NCBI GenBank assembly: GCA_013239625.1
Contig: MU054212.1
Location: 3,873,922 to 3,937,921, forward strand
DNA: 64,000 nt
Direction: 5' to 3'
From: Lama guanicoe
Lineage: Eukaryota
The notes beneath the pieces were generated by a model. That model was not told the DNA's origin. It searched no databases and was given only the letters and a program-made list of their open reading frames with translations. Both the position numbers and the translations under genes were made by a program. How positions within the stretch are numbered: position 1 is the first letter of the stretch; each line of letters opens with the position of its first letter. Shown piece after piece: positions 14,800 to 28,965 of this stretch.

Positions 14800-16650
14800 C
14801 CAATAAATTAATGGGAAGAAGAGTCTAAATACAAACACATGCTTAGGTAGATTAAAAAGTTTGGAGTGGATGGGTATAGATGACAAATCAACGGAAACAT
14901 GAATTCAACATACGGTGTTGGGACAAAGAAAAACAAAGTGAATCTATATCCCTTTCTTCTTTTATGGAAATAAACTCCAGAGGTAAAGCATTTAGATACA
15001 AAAAAGAAAGAAAGAAAACCAATAAAATGGGAGAGATTAGCATCTTGGAGTAAGAAAGACCTTGATAAACATCTCTGGAAAGCCAGAAGGCATTGATCAA
15101 AACGATGACGACAAAATATTACAGTGCAAGAACTCGAAGTAATAGTAGGGTAAAAATTATAAACAAAGTTCAAAAACAAACAACAAAAGGGGAAACAGAT
15201 GACAAATCACATATTAGCATCTCTAGTAGAGAAAATGTTCTTAATAAAAATGGTTAGAGAAAAAGACAAACAATTTCCCTCCCCTTCCAAAATTCAACAT
15301 AAGACAGGAATAGGAAATTCACTTTAATTGGATAGTCAACATATGCAACTTAAAACATCAAGATAAACTTTTCTAGAAATAGTACTGGTAATAAATAAAT
15401 AATGCCTGGAATTAATAATGGAGTGGAAAGTACCTACTATATATTAAAATTATGTTAGGACAGTTAAAAATGATGATATAAATAAATAATGATTTACTGA
15501 CATGGAAAAATGCTAAATATTATGCTTGCTGAGTGACAAAAACTTGATTTCAGAGAATGATCCCAATTTCAAAAGAATACATTTACGAATCTAGGCACAG
15601 AGAAATATCTTACAGAATATCACCAGTTTTTTTAAAAAAGAAAATGGTTAGTTTTATGTACTGAGATTGCAAATTCTTCTTACTTTCTTATTAATACTGC
15701 ATTATTTGAAAAGTTTTATTTCTGTATTATTTGAAAAGGTTTTACAATGTGCATATAGTCTTTCCTAGGAGAAAATGATACTTTCATTAAAAGTTTTAGT
15801 TATTCATGTAGAAATTGGAGAAGAATAAAAAGATTAATTTAGGTTTCTATATTAAACTTGTTTAAAAACTGTTGAAATCCTATTCCAGAAAAATGCACAT
15901 GCATGGCTGGAAAAAAAAAAAGGAAGAAAAATGCCTTCTGGGATTTATACTTTAATATGAATTAATTCTTAAGTTTTAAAATACTCAATACAATATTATT
16001 TTTAAATTGGGAAAGTCAGTTTCAAATACACACATATATTAAAAAACATGAACATATAACTGTATGCAAAAACTATTATCATTCAATAAGAAAATGAATA
16101 AAATAGAAAAATAACATAAAAATTAACATAAGAAATATAACTGGATAATATATCTAAGAAAAGATTGCTCAGATTGGCAGATTGATGAAACCAAGTATTT
16201 ACTGGCAGGGTTACATGGAAAAGGGAAATTTCAATTCCTGTAGGCATATCAAAATGGCACGTCGTTCTGAAAGTAATATGACCAATGAATAACAAAATAA
16301 AAATGTGCTATCCATTTTCTATGTTCCAATTTAATGGCACTACCAGCAGGGACAGACAAAAGGACAAACATAAATGTCTATTAATAAGAATCTGCTATTA
16401 AAATTATAACTACACATTCAATGGAATACTATACAGCCATTAAAATGTTGTGATCTCTATGTAATTTACAAGAAACAATTTTGATCCCTTCCATGTAAAT
16501 CTGTTCTTATCAGCTCTTAGCCACATTATCGGGAGGCAAGTATCAACATGTCAAGAGTAATCTGATTTTAGGTAATTTTACTTTTTTTCCTTGGCATTGT
16601 CTGTTTTTTACCATGAGTATTTATCAATTTTACCGAGACAATAAAATTGT
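14800..16650 (+). mobile_element. Highly decayed ancient L1 (L1ME-like) fragments, approximate bounds
   Basis: A-rich sequence with L1 3'-region motifs such as cattcaatggaatactatacagccattaaaa and tttactgacatggaaaaatgc. Confidence 0.5.
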
Positions 16651-16771
16651 TCAAACAAATGGAAAAGGCTACAAGTACATTTCTGGTGTTAAAATTCTCA
16701 GTTTCAAAGCTTTAAGACTGACACAAGGGGCAAATGTTAAATGGTGCACACATTTGGAAGAGTATTAATTA

Positions 16772-16993
<222 letters not shown>

Positions 16994-18633
16994 CTAAATG
17001 AGCTCATTATTGGAGACAGGGCATGCCACAGCTCATGGCCTTTTTCAGTTACAAACGTGCACCATCTCTTTCCAGAAAACCCTTGAAGCTCTCCCAGTCC
17101 TGTTCCTCACCCTTGCTTCTTGGTGACGGGCTTCAAAAAGAGATGTCACCTGTCACCAGAAAGAGCAGGGGCAATGTTAACATCTAAAAGAACACTCACC
17201 AGGAGCCGTGCAAAAGTCAAAATGAAGGAGCGTCAGTTTTTAAACAGAATTAAAGTCTATCCTGGGAATTTCGAGGTTACAATATTTAACCCTGCAACAG
17301 GTGTCCAATTTAATGAGAATAAAAACTGTTTACTTTTTGCATCAGTTAGATAAGATATAAGACTGTGAAAGAGCCTAACCCGGGAGCTCTAAGGTTGTGG
17401 TTGAGCCCGGGGGTCAGACTTCTGTACCTGCACTGTACCCACGTCATTCACTGCAACCAGGGCTTCCCATAGTATTTTAAGGTGGCACCCAGTACCCCAA
17501 ATTCTTTACTAATAACAAAGCATACGAGAAATGATTTTATCCTATCACTCTCAAAAATTATACCCATTACAGGCTCACTGCTTTCTCCTCCAAATACAAC
17601 AATTCCTAGGACAAATAAGTTTACAGACCAGTGGTCATAGGAACAGGCTACAGAAAGCGAAGAGGAAGGACGTTACAGAGAAAGGGCCGATTGAGCAATA
17701 CTGTTGGGAGGTGATAAGAGATATTTATGTATTAGGTGAATAGCTTTAATCCAGGAACAGAATTTAGTTTCTTTTTTTGCTTAAGGCAAAACTGTCTTCT
17801 TATTCTCTATTAAAGTAAAAATAGAAAACACCTTTATTTGGAGGTTATGTCTTTCATTGTTAAAAATATATATAATACACATTACAATAGAATATACAAA
17901 ACAAGTAAGTGACTCATTAAAAAACATAGCTTTCAGTAAATTTGTGTTAGAATGCTACGCTAATCATATACAGAAACATTTACTTTCTGATAAGTGGGAA
18001 TATACACTGAATTTGTTTTATTTTCCTTTTGTAATAAATAACAGGCTGCTAATTTTACTAAACATGTAGAAATATCCGTCATTTCTTTCTCTGGGTCTGA
18101 TGGTATGCATTTAGAGTAACTGAAAAAAGACCTTACTCTTCAGATTCTAAAGCCTAAGTTTTTGCACAACCCCAGGGAGTCTGTTAATGGCATCAGAGGT
18201 CATTTTTTATTTCTTTAAAAAACTCTCAAATGCACTTGGTGCTGGCATTTTTTTGTCAGTGATTATCCCTTTATTTTTCCTTTAGCCCAAAAGCTATGGG
18301 TAGAGGGCAAAGATCGTCACGAGGAGTGAAGCTTTCAGATAAGGAAGCTAAGATGTGTGTCTGCTGTGGGGGAGGGGAGGGTGTGGGTGTGAATGTTGGC
18401 GTTAGGGCATATGTGTTCACATGCTGAACAAGCTTTCTCATCCATGGTGTCCAGGGCGGACCCACCAAGAGCTCTACCTATAAATAACTTGAGATAACAA
18501 GAAGATGGAGAAAAGGTTCTTTGCAACACTACAGACATTTCATCAAGACTCTGCCTTGTGAAAAAAGAGCCAAAAGCACTTTTAATGCACACCTGACACA
18601 TGCCGTGGAGATGCATGATACTGTGCCACCTAC

Positions 18634-18780
18634 CCTGACAAGTTCTTGAGGAAAAGGCCCCCTGGAGTTTTCTGGCAAGTTGATTGGAGGGATAACCCAG
18701 TCTCTCTTCTGCCTTTGCAGGTAGCCATTGTGCTTAGTCAGCTGTCTCGGGAATACGATTTCTTCAATTTCTTGTGGTTC
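18634..18780 (-). CDS. CDH2: Cadherin-2 exon 4 (147 nt, phase 0-0): end of prodomain, RQKR furin site, mature N-terminus [23 protein letters not shown]
   Basis: Acceptor tgcaaag|GAA, donor AGG|gtaggt. RQKR is encoded at 18703-18714 and DW at 18697-18702. Confidence 0.97.
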
Positions 18781-19866
18781 CTTTGCATTGAAATACAAGA
18801 AGACATTCCTGAGTATTAGGAAAACGTTTTCTGAAAATACATCGATGTCAATGGATACCTGAAAATGTAGAAATCACAGCTTATTATGAACCAAAAAAAC
18901 ACGCCCGGAGGCCCTCTCCCTGTCCCTCTGTTAAGAGAAAACACTGTAAAATTTTGGGTTACACTGTTCACTGAAAAACTGAACTCCAAACAAACTTATG
19001 TGGCACAGCTGTGTAAACCAATCGCCGTTTTTATAAACCATCTTAGATAGTAGTTAATATTGAGCAAAATTTAATAGTACCCTTTTATACATTTCTCATT
19101 AGTTTAAACCACAGTTCAGGTAATGTGCTGCTGTACATTAAATTTAGATCTTGATGTGCTAAAATATAATTTGAATTCCAAGGGAAGTTTAATACATACT
19201 GCTAAGGAATGTCTCAAATATTTATGACCCTATTAAATCCCACAGAATTAATGCTGTAATTATTCTAAACCTATGTCACCCGTGATGGATGCTGTAGATG
19301 ACCCACTTTGCACATGGGGTATTAATCTCTGCTGGATGTCAACATTTTCTTGTTTCTCCCTGTATCTGTAGACATTTTGCCATTAAGCGCTTGCTGCTTC
19401 AACGTGAATATCCCAAGTCCGTTTCCGGGAACGCAGCGAACCGACAACAACAAAAACAGCTTCCACTCGGTGACCAGCTCCTTACTTTATGTTATCCCCA
19501 GTGACATGAGTCCCCTTAACAGTTAACAGATTCACAAATTACGTTTCATGTAAAGTCCGGCACTGGTGTAAGAGGAAAAATGGTACCCTTTCCTCCTATA
19601 TTTATCCGTATTTGATTATGGCTGCATATATCACACTTGCAATTAAATACCAGAAGTCAAAGTGTGTATTTTTATCTCTCACAGTATGACAAATATACAA
19701 ATTGTTACAGTGTCATGGTTCATAAAATCATGGACCTCAGATTGTATGAGTGTGGCACCCTCTCATATCTGTTTCAGATTAACTCAGAGAACCAGAATAT
19801 TCAGAAATGAATAATCGTACCGTAACTTTACCGAAGAAGTTACTGCATCTTATTAAAAATTCTTAA

Positions 19867-19955
19867 GGGGGAGGGTATCGCTCAGTGGTAGAGCTCATGC
19901 TTAGCGTGCACGAGGTCCTGGGTTCAACCCCCAATACCTCCATTAAAAAACAAAA
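19867..19955 (+). mobile_element. tRNA-Ala-derived SINE (Vic-1-like), short form
   Basis: GGGGGAGGGTATCGCTCAGTGGTAGAG...GGTTCAACCCCCAATACCTCC followed by an A-rich tail; about 88% identical to the 14.4 kb copy by hand alignment. Confidence 0.9.
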
Positions 19956-20506
19956 TTTTAAATAGTGGCTCACATAAAATAAGTGCTCAATAAATGTTGA
20001 TTTGAGGTGAACTTTACTCTGTTGGAAATGTACCTTACTTACTTTATCTTGGCTGATAGCAGCTCCACCACAGGGAGTATATTATCCCTAAAAGTCATGC
20101 TGGTAGTATGAATAATTCATAGTCCCCAATCTGATTATTAAGGGGCAAGACAAAAACCCAATACTCCTCGCCGGAAATGCTTTCCTGTTATTCCTATAAA
20201 TTTGTACTTCCTCTCTAATAAATTTGGTGGGTGACATCTTGTAAACAATTGTTTATTTTGCAGTTAAATTCAACAGCTTGTAAAGCTCCTAAGAGATTTA
20301 AAACAAACAACTCCTTCTCATTTGAGTTATAAGTCTCAAAGTAGAAACAAACCTTTCAAATACAGTTTCAGATTGCTGAAAACAGATTTACTCTGAGTAC
20401 CTTATAAGATTAAAAGCACAACGAAATACTACTGAGGTGGCTGAAGTTGATAAAAATTCAAATATTGGCCACCTGTTCATGTGATGCGAAGTATGTATTT
20501 AGTTCA

Positions 20507-20875
<369 letters not shown>

Positions 20876-22776
20876 TTAAAATAAAAGGCAGTAATAGGAA
20901 ACACAAAAATTTTATTTTTACATTATTACAGGAATGTAAATGTCAGACTGTGGTTCTGAGTTGTCCCCTGTGTCTTCTTGTTCCAAAGCCTTCCCTTTCT
21001 TCCACAAGCCCCTGGATCCTGGGCCCTCAGGGGCACCTGCTCTTCCAGTCATGTCTCTCACCGAGACTGCCTGTCACTTCTTACCAAACTCCTATTCATC
21101 CTGTATGTCCCAGCCTCAAAGTCAATGAGGGTAGAACAGATGCCTTGTTTTCAGTCTTCGTGTAGCAATCTGAACTCTATTACTGTAGTTTGAAAGCCAA
21201 GCCTTATACTCACCGTGAGAGTCCTACAGGGCAAATTTTCTTAGCTATCTTGTTTACCCTGCACGTTTCCTGGCATGTACACTTAATATGTGTAATTTTG
21301 GAATAAATGCTTAAAGGAATAAAGCAGTAACACTTATTAATTCTGAATGCCCACCATACTCTAGGATAACAAGACCTTGCAACTTTTAGTTCTGATGGTG
21401 CTTATAGTAGTTCCATGAAGCAATAACAATATGATAAATTTTCAAACAAATGAAACTAAGGTGTATCTCAAAATTAACTTTAACTAAAAATATGTCTTAA
21501 GAGTAGAAGAATCAAAAATATTTCAGTTTCTTAATTAACTCAATCTTACATGTAATGAACTTAAAAGTGGAAACAATTAACGCTTTCTTAAAAGTAATGT
21601 CAATCAGTTTATGTCTCATCGGATAACGGAAGTTAAACTACATCCTTCTAAATGTAGAACTAGACATACTCAAGCCAAAATAAAATTGTAAAATAATACA
21701 AATATTCCCTAAGGAAGATTATTTCCTTTGAAATCCTTAACCATTCTTTTCGAAGAAAAATTCTATAGGAACAGCATAAAGGGATCAAAGAAAAAGCAAT
21801 TTTTCATTTCTGTAAACATGTGATGTTATGTCCTGACCACAATTACACAGGATGCATTTTGGAATTCAATTAATAGGCCCACATTACAAAATATATACAC
21901 CTTTTGCATTTTTCAAGGACCTAAGTAAATTTTTTGAACCCCCACTCCGCATACGAACTGATGACAGTTCTTTTGTTGTCGTTAATATAAATTCGCTGAG
22001 ATGTGCACCAGACCACAGACAAATAACATGCATGATTATTTCCCTACGTTACCGTAAAATCCTGGATAACAGTAATAACAGACTTTACTGAATACATTAT
22101 TTTCCACACAATCCATATATTTTATCCTTCATCTTTCAAACATTTCAAAATGAAAAGTCGTATCTCACACTACATTATGTTAAACCAAAATATTTGTCTT
22201 TGAAGTGAAAGTATCCCAGAAGATGCCTGATTACCCCATCTTACACGCCATGTGATTTAAAAGTGAAAAATGGGAATGTTTTCTATAGAACAATGCCATC
22301 TACTGCTTATGTTTTATTAAAGACAGCGAAATGAAAAGTGAAATTGGGGGACCCCGCTGAGAAATCAAAATGAAAGACTTTCACAGTCTTTTTGTATCAA
22401 ATTCCCTTTTACATCACAAAAGGTAATCATGATACTTAAAAAAATATAATCTGGATCAGGAAAATTATATACTGTTCTGCACTTTCTGGTTCATTTTTCC
22501 ACTTTCGCGTTGCTCCTTAGCAATTCACACCTGGATTGTTGCATCTGCCTGTTAACTGGTCCCCTCCCTGATCCAGGTCACTGTAGAGCCACTTGTAGAC
22601 CAAACCTCTGCTGTGATTTTCTCCTCCCTCCTTAGTATCTGCAATATATGTAAACTCTCTGACCTCGTGTACAACGCTCTCTTAATTCTTAGTCACCTGG
22701 TCTCTTCGGTCTCTCTGTAAGCAGATCGTAAACTCATTTTGACTTCCTGACAGTGAGTCTCCGTTCTTTATTTTCT

Positions 22777-22939
22777 TTCCTTTTTTTAGAGGATATAGTA
22801 TTTTTATTTCCTCTTTTTGTTTTTAAATTTAAATTGAAGTACAGTCAGTTACAATGTGTCATTTTCTGAAGAAGAATATGAAAATGAATGTATGTATGTG
22901 TATGCACGACTGGGACGTTGTGCTGTGCACCAGAAATTG
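22777..22939 (-). mobile_element. Very short LINE-1 3'-end insertion with internal inversion
   Basis: 22832-22868 is L1 terminus on the minus strand; 22869-22939 is the adjacent upstream L1 sequence on the plus strand. TSD gttctttattttct (22763-22776) / gttctttgttttct (22940-22953). Confidence 0.8.
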
Positions 22940-23850
22940 GTTCTTTGTTTTCTATGACGCCTAACAGTGATAAGGGCAGAATAAACATTCACTCAATATC
23001 TAAGGTCCATTAGATATTAATATCTGACAACTTTTCCAAAAAACTAGAAAACAGAGGGAAATTTAGAAGTCTGCCCAGCCTGTTGCAGCATTCAGCACCA
23101 ACAGTTAACACCAACAAAACCCAGGGACTTCAAATAACTTGACTTGGTATTAGGTGGTTGGGTTGTGAAAGAAAATGTATTAATATTTGTTGAATGCCGG
23201 GCACTGAACGAGACACTTAAGGTTAGGTGATCTATTTTAACCTTAAGAATAGCCACCTGAAGTGGGTACCGTGTTATCTGTTCTGCAGGCAGGGAAGAAA
23301 ATCAAAAAGCTACCTAGGTCCCATGCTGTTTGACTCCTCGTGGCTGTCCGCCCTACAGAAGCACAAAGGGTTCCAACTCAACTCATGACTCTCAAGTTAC
23401 TGAAACTTAAACCTTGAGTAGACAATAAAGGCAAAGAAATGACAGAGAGTCGTGATAAATGCTTGGAAAGAGAATAATGCAACATTTAGGCCTCTGAAAG
23501 TACCTGGTAACTGGCATATTAGAAAGGAGTTCTTGAAGTGGGGGACAGCCTGTGTCACACCGAGGGGAGACGCTGAGCCCCTCGTGGGCTGGTGAGTGTG
23601 TGGCAGATGAGAAAATGTCACGGTGACTTGTCCTGTCACTGACATCTGCTATTTGGATTCAGGTGTCAGAAAGATGCAGGCAAGGAAGGAGGCCTTTGAA
23701 AACATGCATTAGCAAAAAAGAAAAAATGTGCCTTTTCCTACAAAGGGTCACTGCACAGGCTAGAAATGAAAAGTGGGTGACCCAGAGTGTCTGACATTGG
23801 AGAAAACACTGGAGGAAATTGCATAAAGGTCATTTATTTAAAATCATTTA

Positions 23851-23998
23851 GGGGAGTGAGTATATCTCAGTGGTAGAGCACATGCTTAGCATGTACAAGG
23901 TCCTGGGTTCAATCCCCGATATCTCCATCAAAAAAATTTAATAAAATAATAATGATTATTATATTTTATTCATAATAAATAAAATAAAATAAAATAAA
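23851..23998 (+). mobile_element. tRNA-Ala-derived SINE (Vic-1-like), short form with long AT-rich tail
   Basis: A box TATCTCAGTGG, B box GGTTCAATCC, (TAAAA)n tail; degenerate flanking repeat aaatcatttag / aagtaatttag. Confidence 0.88.
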
Positions 23999-24378
23999 GT
24001 AATTTAGCTTTTCTAGAACCTCTGACCCTGTTGCTTTCTGTTATTAAATTGTTCTTGGTATTTTAAACAAATACTAATTTTCATTTGCTCCAGTATTAAA
24101 TAAAATAAGCAACATTTTGTCTATCACTCAGGTGTAAAGAAATGTGTTGTAGTACATAAATTCTCTTTGCACATTCAACTAGTGGAATCCATTCCTGAAC
24201 TGCAAAGAAGTCCACTGCCAACTGAAAAAGGTTTTCTTGGTGAAACGGCAGTCCTGACTCCATCCTGTGGTTGTGACTTACTGCATGGACAGTGCCCGGC
24301 TCAGAGGCGTGATCCACGACGACCAGGTTTTACCGTTTTCAAGTCCTGCAAATTAACAAGCTTGCTAATTTCAATGGG

Positions 24379-24747
24379 TGCTATGGACTGAATTGTGTTC
24401 CCCCAAATTCACAGGCTGAAGCTCTAATTCCCAGTACCTTAGAATATAAGTGTATTTGGAGATAAAGACATATAATTAAGAGAAATGAGCTCATATGGGT
24501 GGGCCCTCATGCAATGTGGCTGGTGTCTTAAAAGAAGAGGACATTGGACACAGATCCGCACGTACACAGAGGGAAGCCCACGTTAGGACACAGGAAAAGA
24601 TGGCCATTGTAAGCCAAAGAGAAGAGTCTCAAGAAAACCCAAACCTGCTGGTGCCTTGATCTCAGACTTCCAGCCTCCAGAAATGTGAGAAAATAGGTTT
24701 CTGTTGTTTAAACCACCCACCCTGTAGTCTTATAAATGGGTAATACA
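24379..24747 (+). mobile_element. MLT1 (ERVL-MaLR) solo LTR, MLT1B-like
   Basis: TG start tgctatggactgaattgtgttccccc; ccttgatctcagacttccagcctccagaa..tgtgagaaaata..tttctgttgtttaaaccacc; ends taataCA. Confidence 0.85.
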
Positions 24748-25409
24748 TGAATTCCATTTACTAACCATTGCCCAACGTTCATTGGCTGTTATTGCTCACT
24801 TTGGACTTAGATGCCCCTAATTAATGTTTTCTCAGGCCTGACAAGATTCACTTCCGCCCGAGAACCAATCACTGAAACTTACATAGGAGAAATTTTTTTC
24901 TTACAGAAACACAGAAATTAAGAGAAAAAAAGTAGAAAACTGCTATGTTATAGAATCATAGTTACAGCACTAATATATATTTATCATTTACACATTATAT
25001 GTATTTATCATTATGGACTTTCAAAAAGATTTTTGGGAGGATTATGACAAAGTATATTTACCAAAAAAACTAGCTAAAAATAAAAAGGAGAGTGGCTAGA
25101 GCCATTTGGAAGGGAGAAAGAGGTTTCCAAGGTTAAGATTAGATTTAAGATTTAACTTTGAAGATGAACAAGGCAAAATCATTGCTATATGACTTATGAG
25201 AAGAGATAACAGTTCACTGGAATCAAGCTGTTTCTGTTATTAAAACATTTTCCTAATGGACAGAAGGTAAAGAACTCTGAATAACATAATGAATACCATT
25301 TTCAACTTTTATTTTCCAAAATATGAAGCAGTTTTATAATTTTTTTAATATATAGGTTTTTAATAAAGGGTGATGATACATTTATTTTAAATTAAAATAC
25401 ATCCTTATA

Positions 25410-25685
25410 TTGAAACTATTCTGTATGATACTGTAATTAATGGTAGATACATGACACAATGCATTTTTCAAAACTCAAGGACCAAGCAACACAACGAGTG
25501 AATTTTAAAGTCAATTAAGGATTTCACAGTAATGTATCATTATTAGTTGTAAAAAACGTGCCACGTTAATGCAAGACGTTAATAATAAGGAAATCTTCCA
25601 GGAGTGAGACAGGTATGGAACTCTCTCTATTTTGTGTTCAATTTTTCCATAAACTTAGAACTGTTCTAAAAAAAAAGTCTACTAA
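25410..25685 (+). mobile_element. L1MC-like LINE-1 3' end
   Basis: gaaactattctgtatgatactgtaat..ggtagatacatgac...ggaactctct...taaacttagaactgttctaaaaaaaaagtcta. Confidence 0.8.
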
Positions 25686-28600
25686 TAATTTAAAGAAATG
25701 CTTCCTTAAGAGAATGGTCTAACCAGATATATTATTAAACATTTGAAAGGAACAGATGGTTATCAATATCCTCAGTCTCTCTCCCGTTCACTCTCCCGTG
25801 AACTGCCCCAAGTGGTTTTAGCTGAAGCTGGATAATATAACTGAATCCGTAATTTTACATAAAAACTATTACGGAAATACTGAGTTGGTGTTTCAGGAAA
25901 ATAACATTTTATCAGACATGTAATAAAGCTGAAATTCTACTATTTTAAAAACAATCGAGCAACTTGAACTGTTTTTCTGACAAGTGATCTTCTTTACATT
26001 AAAATATTAATTTTGCTTAAGGGCAGAGATAACTTGAAGTAGAAACTCCAGGATTTAAGAGAAAAGGAAAGAAATTGCCTTCGACAACAAAAAAACAAGC
26101 TTGATCCGCTGGATCATTCAAATTTAAAACGACACTCTACATAGTTAAACGTCTGTGGCTAAAAACATCACAATACTAAACAAGAAATGTATTATTAGAG
26201 CCAGTGCAGAGTTTACACATACAATATGTAGCTATGTGCTCTAGCCTACATAAACCTTTGTTAACATGATTAATACCAAATTAAGCATCAATGAAATAAT
26301 TATTTTAAAGTACTTTTGACTCTTAAAGCAATACCTCAAGTTAATGTTAACCATAAAACCATAATATCCTTATAAAATATTAACAGGAAACCACAGATCT
26401 TACATAGTAAATGTATTAGCAGTTAATAGCACTGCATAAACCATTTGAATAAAAATGTGCAGATACACACACACGGTTTATAATTTTTGCCTAAGTAAAA
26501 CATCACCCATATTTAGAAACAATTATGAGAGAACACTGCAAAATATTTTTCTGCCTAAATATCCCTTCGACTTTTTTATTGTTTTTTTCCTCCCATATGA
26601 ACTGCCATTTCTGAAGGCATATTGGGAAAACAGAAATAGTTTCACAGTGTTTGACAGAAGTCCTCCTTCCATGGGCACAGAGCAATATTTATTAATGGGC
26701 CAGCTGTCTATTAATGAAGACACGAGAGGGAGTAAGGTAGGAAGAACTGACTCAGCATCAAGGATTTCACAGTGGAACTTACAGATTCCAATGGAGAATG
26801 GTTACCAAGCACAAGTCTGCTCTTAACTCTGAAAAATCTGCTTAGACATTCTTTTGGCCCTCTCTGCCCTTTCTGAGTTTCAGTTTGAGGAACAGTGTTT
26901 TCCTAGAACAATTTAGGGTCTACCCATCCTTTTCACAGATACCCAGTGGGATACACTAGTTTGGAAATGTTCATATGGACCTTGGTGGAAAAAGTCAATG
27001 CATTTTCTTTATAGCATAGAATTACGATAAGAAAAATGAAATATAGGCTTTGGGGAAACATCCTGTTAAATAGACATAAAACTTTCATACAAAATGTTTT
27101 TTAAATCATTAATAAGAAATTTGAACTTCAATTAAAAAAATGGTTCCTTTCCAAAAAAAAAAAAAGAAAGAAAGTTGAGCTTGTTTTCATGAAGTGACTT
27201 TTTTATAACAAGTTTTATGACCAAGATCTTAAATTCTTGATAGTCACCATCAAGGCAAACTTCGTTCAAAGAAATTGGTGATAGCAAATGGGAGCACGGA
27301 ATTCATCACTTTTTCTCCAGTTGATGGAAAGTTCTTTCTTGTCATGAACCATGAGGGATACACTGATTAAATTTCATAGTCCTTTTTCTTAATTGACAAA
27401 TAAAATGTTAAAATTCCTCATGGAAACACAAATGCTTTTCAGTATTTTTCCATATTAAGTATTTTAAAATAATGGTAAGACTTGACTTCAAGCATATAGG
27501 TATTGCTCTAATAGTCATTTTTTCCTGAGGATTTAAAATGTAACACTGACTAAATATCACCAATGAATCATTTTTATCCTTTTTCCAAAGCTGAACTTTT
27601 GCTTCAAATCCATGATCTCTGTGAGTATGTGTAATATTATTTACACGGCCTTTGCCATTGTCAATTAAGTTCATTCAGGTGCTCGAAAACGTCAGTTAAG
27701 TAAGCTATTTCTTTTTTCCAAGTGAATAACTCTCCTTCAACAAATCTACAGTGAACAACAGTCAAACACACAATCCATTTTTCCCCTAGCTAATAAACTC
27801 TTGAAAAAAAAATGTGTCCTCTGGACAGCTCATGCACTTTGGACCATATTAGCAAATACGGTTTTCTGATCCCCTATCTTTGCATAAAGCTGTTGCTGTT
27901 TATTTTCATAATATCAGTTTATGTGGATTTAAGGTTTATGAGTGAACTTTTATATACAAGAGCTTCTAAGTAAGTAGAAAGAGCATAGACTCACGGAGCT
28001 CTGAGATTAAACTCGTGATGTTTATGTTTTCATACCACTCACAGCCTTTCACCTTCACGACATTACAGCCAGAGCATCAGCCTCATGTCATGAGTGCTTA
28101 ACATCTTGCTTTAGAGTGTTCATTTGTCTTCTTGAATATATGGTTTACAGAAGTTTGTTTAGCTTTATTTTGGCAAAATAAATCATGCTCTTCAAGGATT
28201 TTAACCACTGCTATTAACCAACATATCTGTTAATTCCTTAAAGTCATCGACATGCAATGATAACTTTTTGGATTTATTAGTCTTTTTGATTAGTGCGTCA
28301 CTATGACGTGTGACGTGCCATCACTACCTCTCCTGAGTGTTTTATTCAAAAGTGGCTGCTTCTCTATTTCTTCTACTTCACTGGTTTCCAATAGAGCGTT
28401 GATGATGTATATATAGGCTGGTATAATAAGTTAATCCTGCATTTGTGTGAGGCATTTTGGCTTAAACCATTGAATGTAAAATCTTATAAATGGCTTTTAG
28501 AGCTTGATCATATAGGGCTGTACTCAGTCTCATAAAGGAATACCCTTACTTTCTGCTTAAGAGAATCCAAAACTCCTTCTGCCTAAATTGGCTGTTTTGT

Positions 28601-28854
28601 GGATATGGTGCCCACAGAATTTATTCTACATGGAGCTTCACTTGACCACTTTTGCATTAAATAAAACCTTTAGACCAAGTGTGAGAATAATTAAAAAGAC
28701 ACATGAATTCCAATTTAGGGGAAAATATTGAGGGGGTTCTTATGACTAAAGTCTTTCCATTTTGCAATAGGTTGGGGAAGTAAACATTCTTTGAAATGAA
28801 ATCTAAAGACAAAAAAAAACTGCAGGCAAGTATAGCTTCAGAAAATCTATTTGT

Positions 28855-28965
28855 AAATGATATATAATGTACATATATACATAATAAACTATATAAGAAA
28901 TATTATGTAATAATATAATGTAAAAATACATACATATAAATATAACATATATAAATATGTATTTC
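28855..28965. repeat. AT-rich (TA)n-like low-complexity tract
   Basis: tatataatgtacatatatacataataaactatataagaaatattatgtaataatataatg... Confidence 0.7.

Noticed and set aside
14808..15179. Hydrophobic 123-aa ORF
   Set aside because: Antisense reading of A-rich decayed L1 sequence gives F/L-rich artefacts.
15697..15744. Short tandem duplication ctgYattatttgaaaag(g)tttta
   Set aside because: Two-copy slippage duplication inside an old L1 fragment; no array structure.
19867..19941. tRNA-Ala gene look-alikes (also at 14.4, 23.9, 47.2 and 52.7 kb)
   Set aside because: A-rich tails, TSDs and independent mutations in the stems identify them as SINE copies, not tRNA genes.
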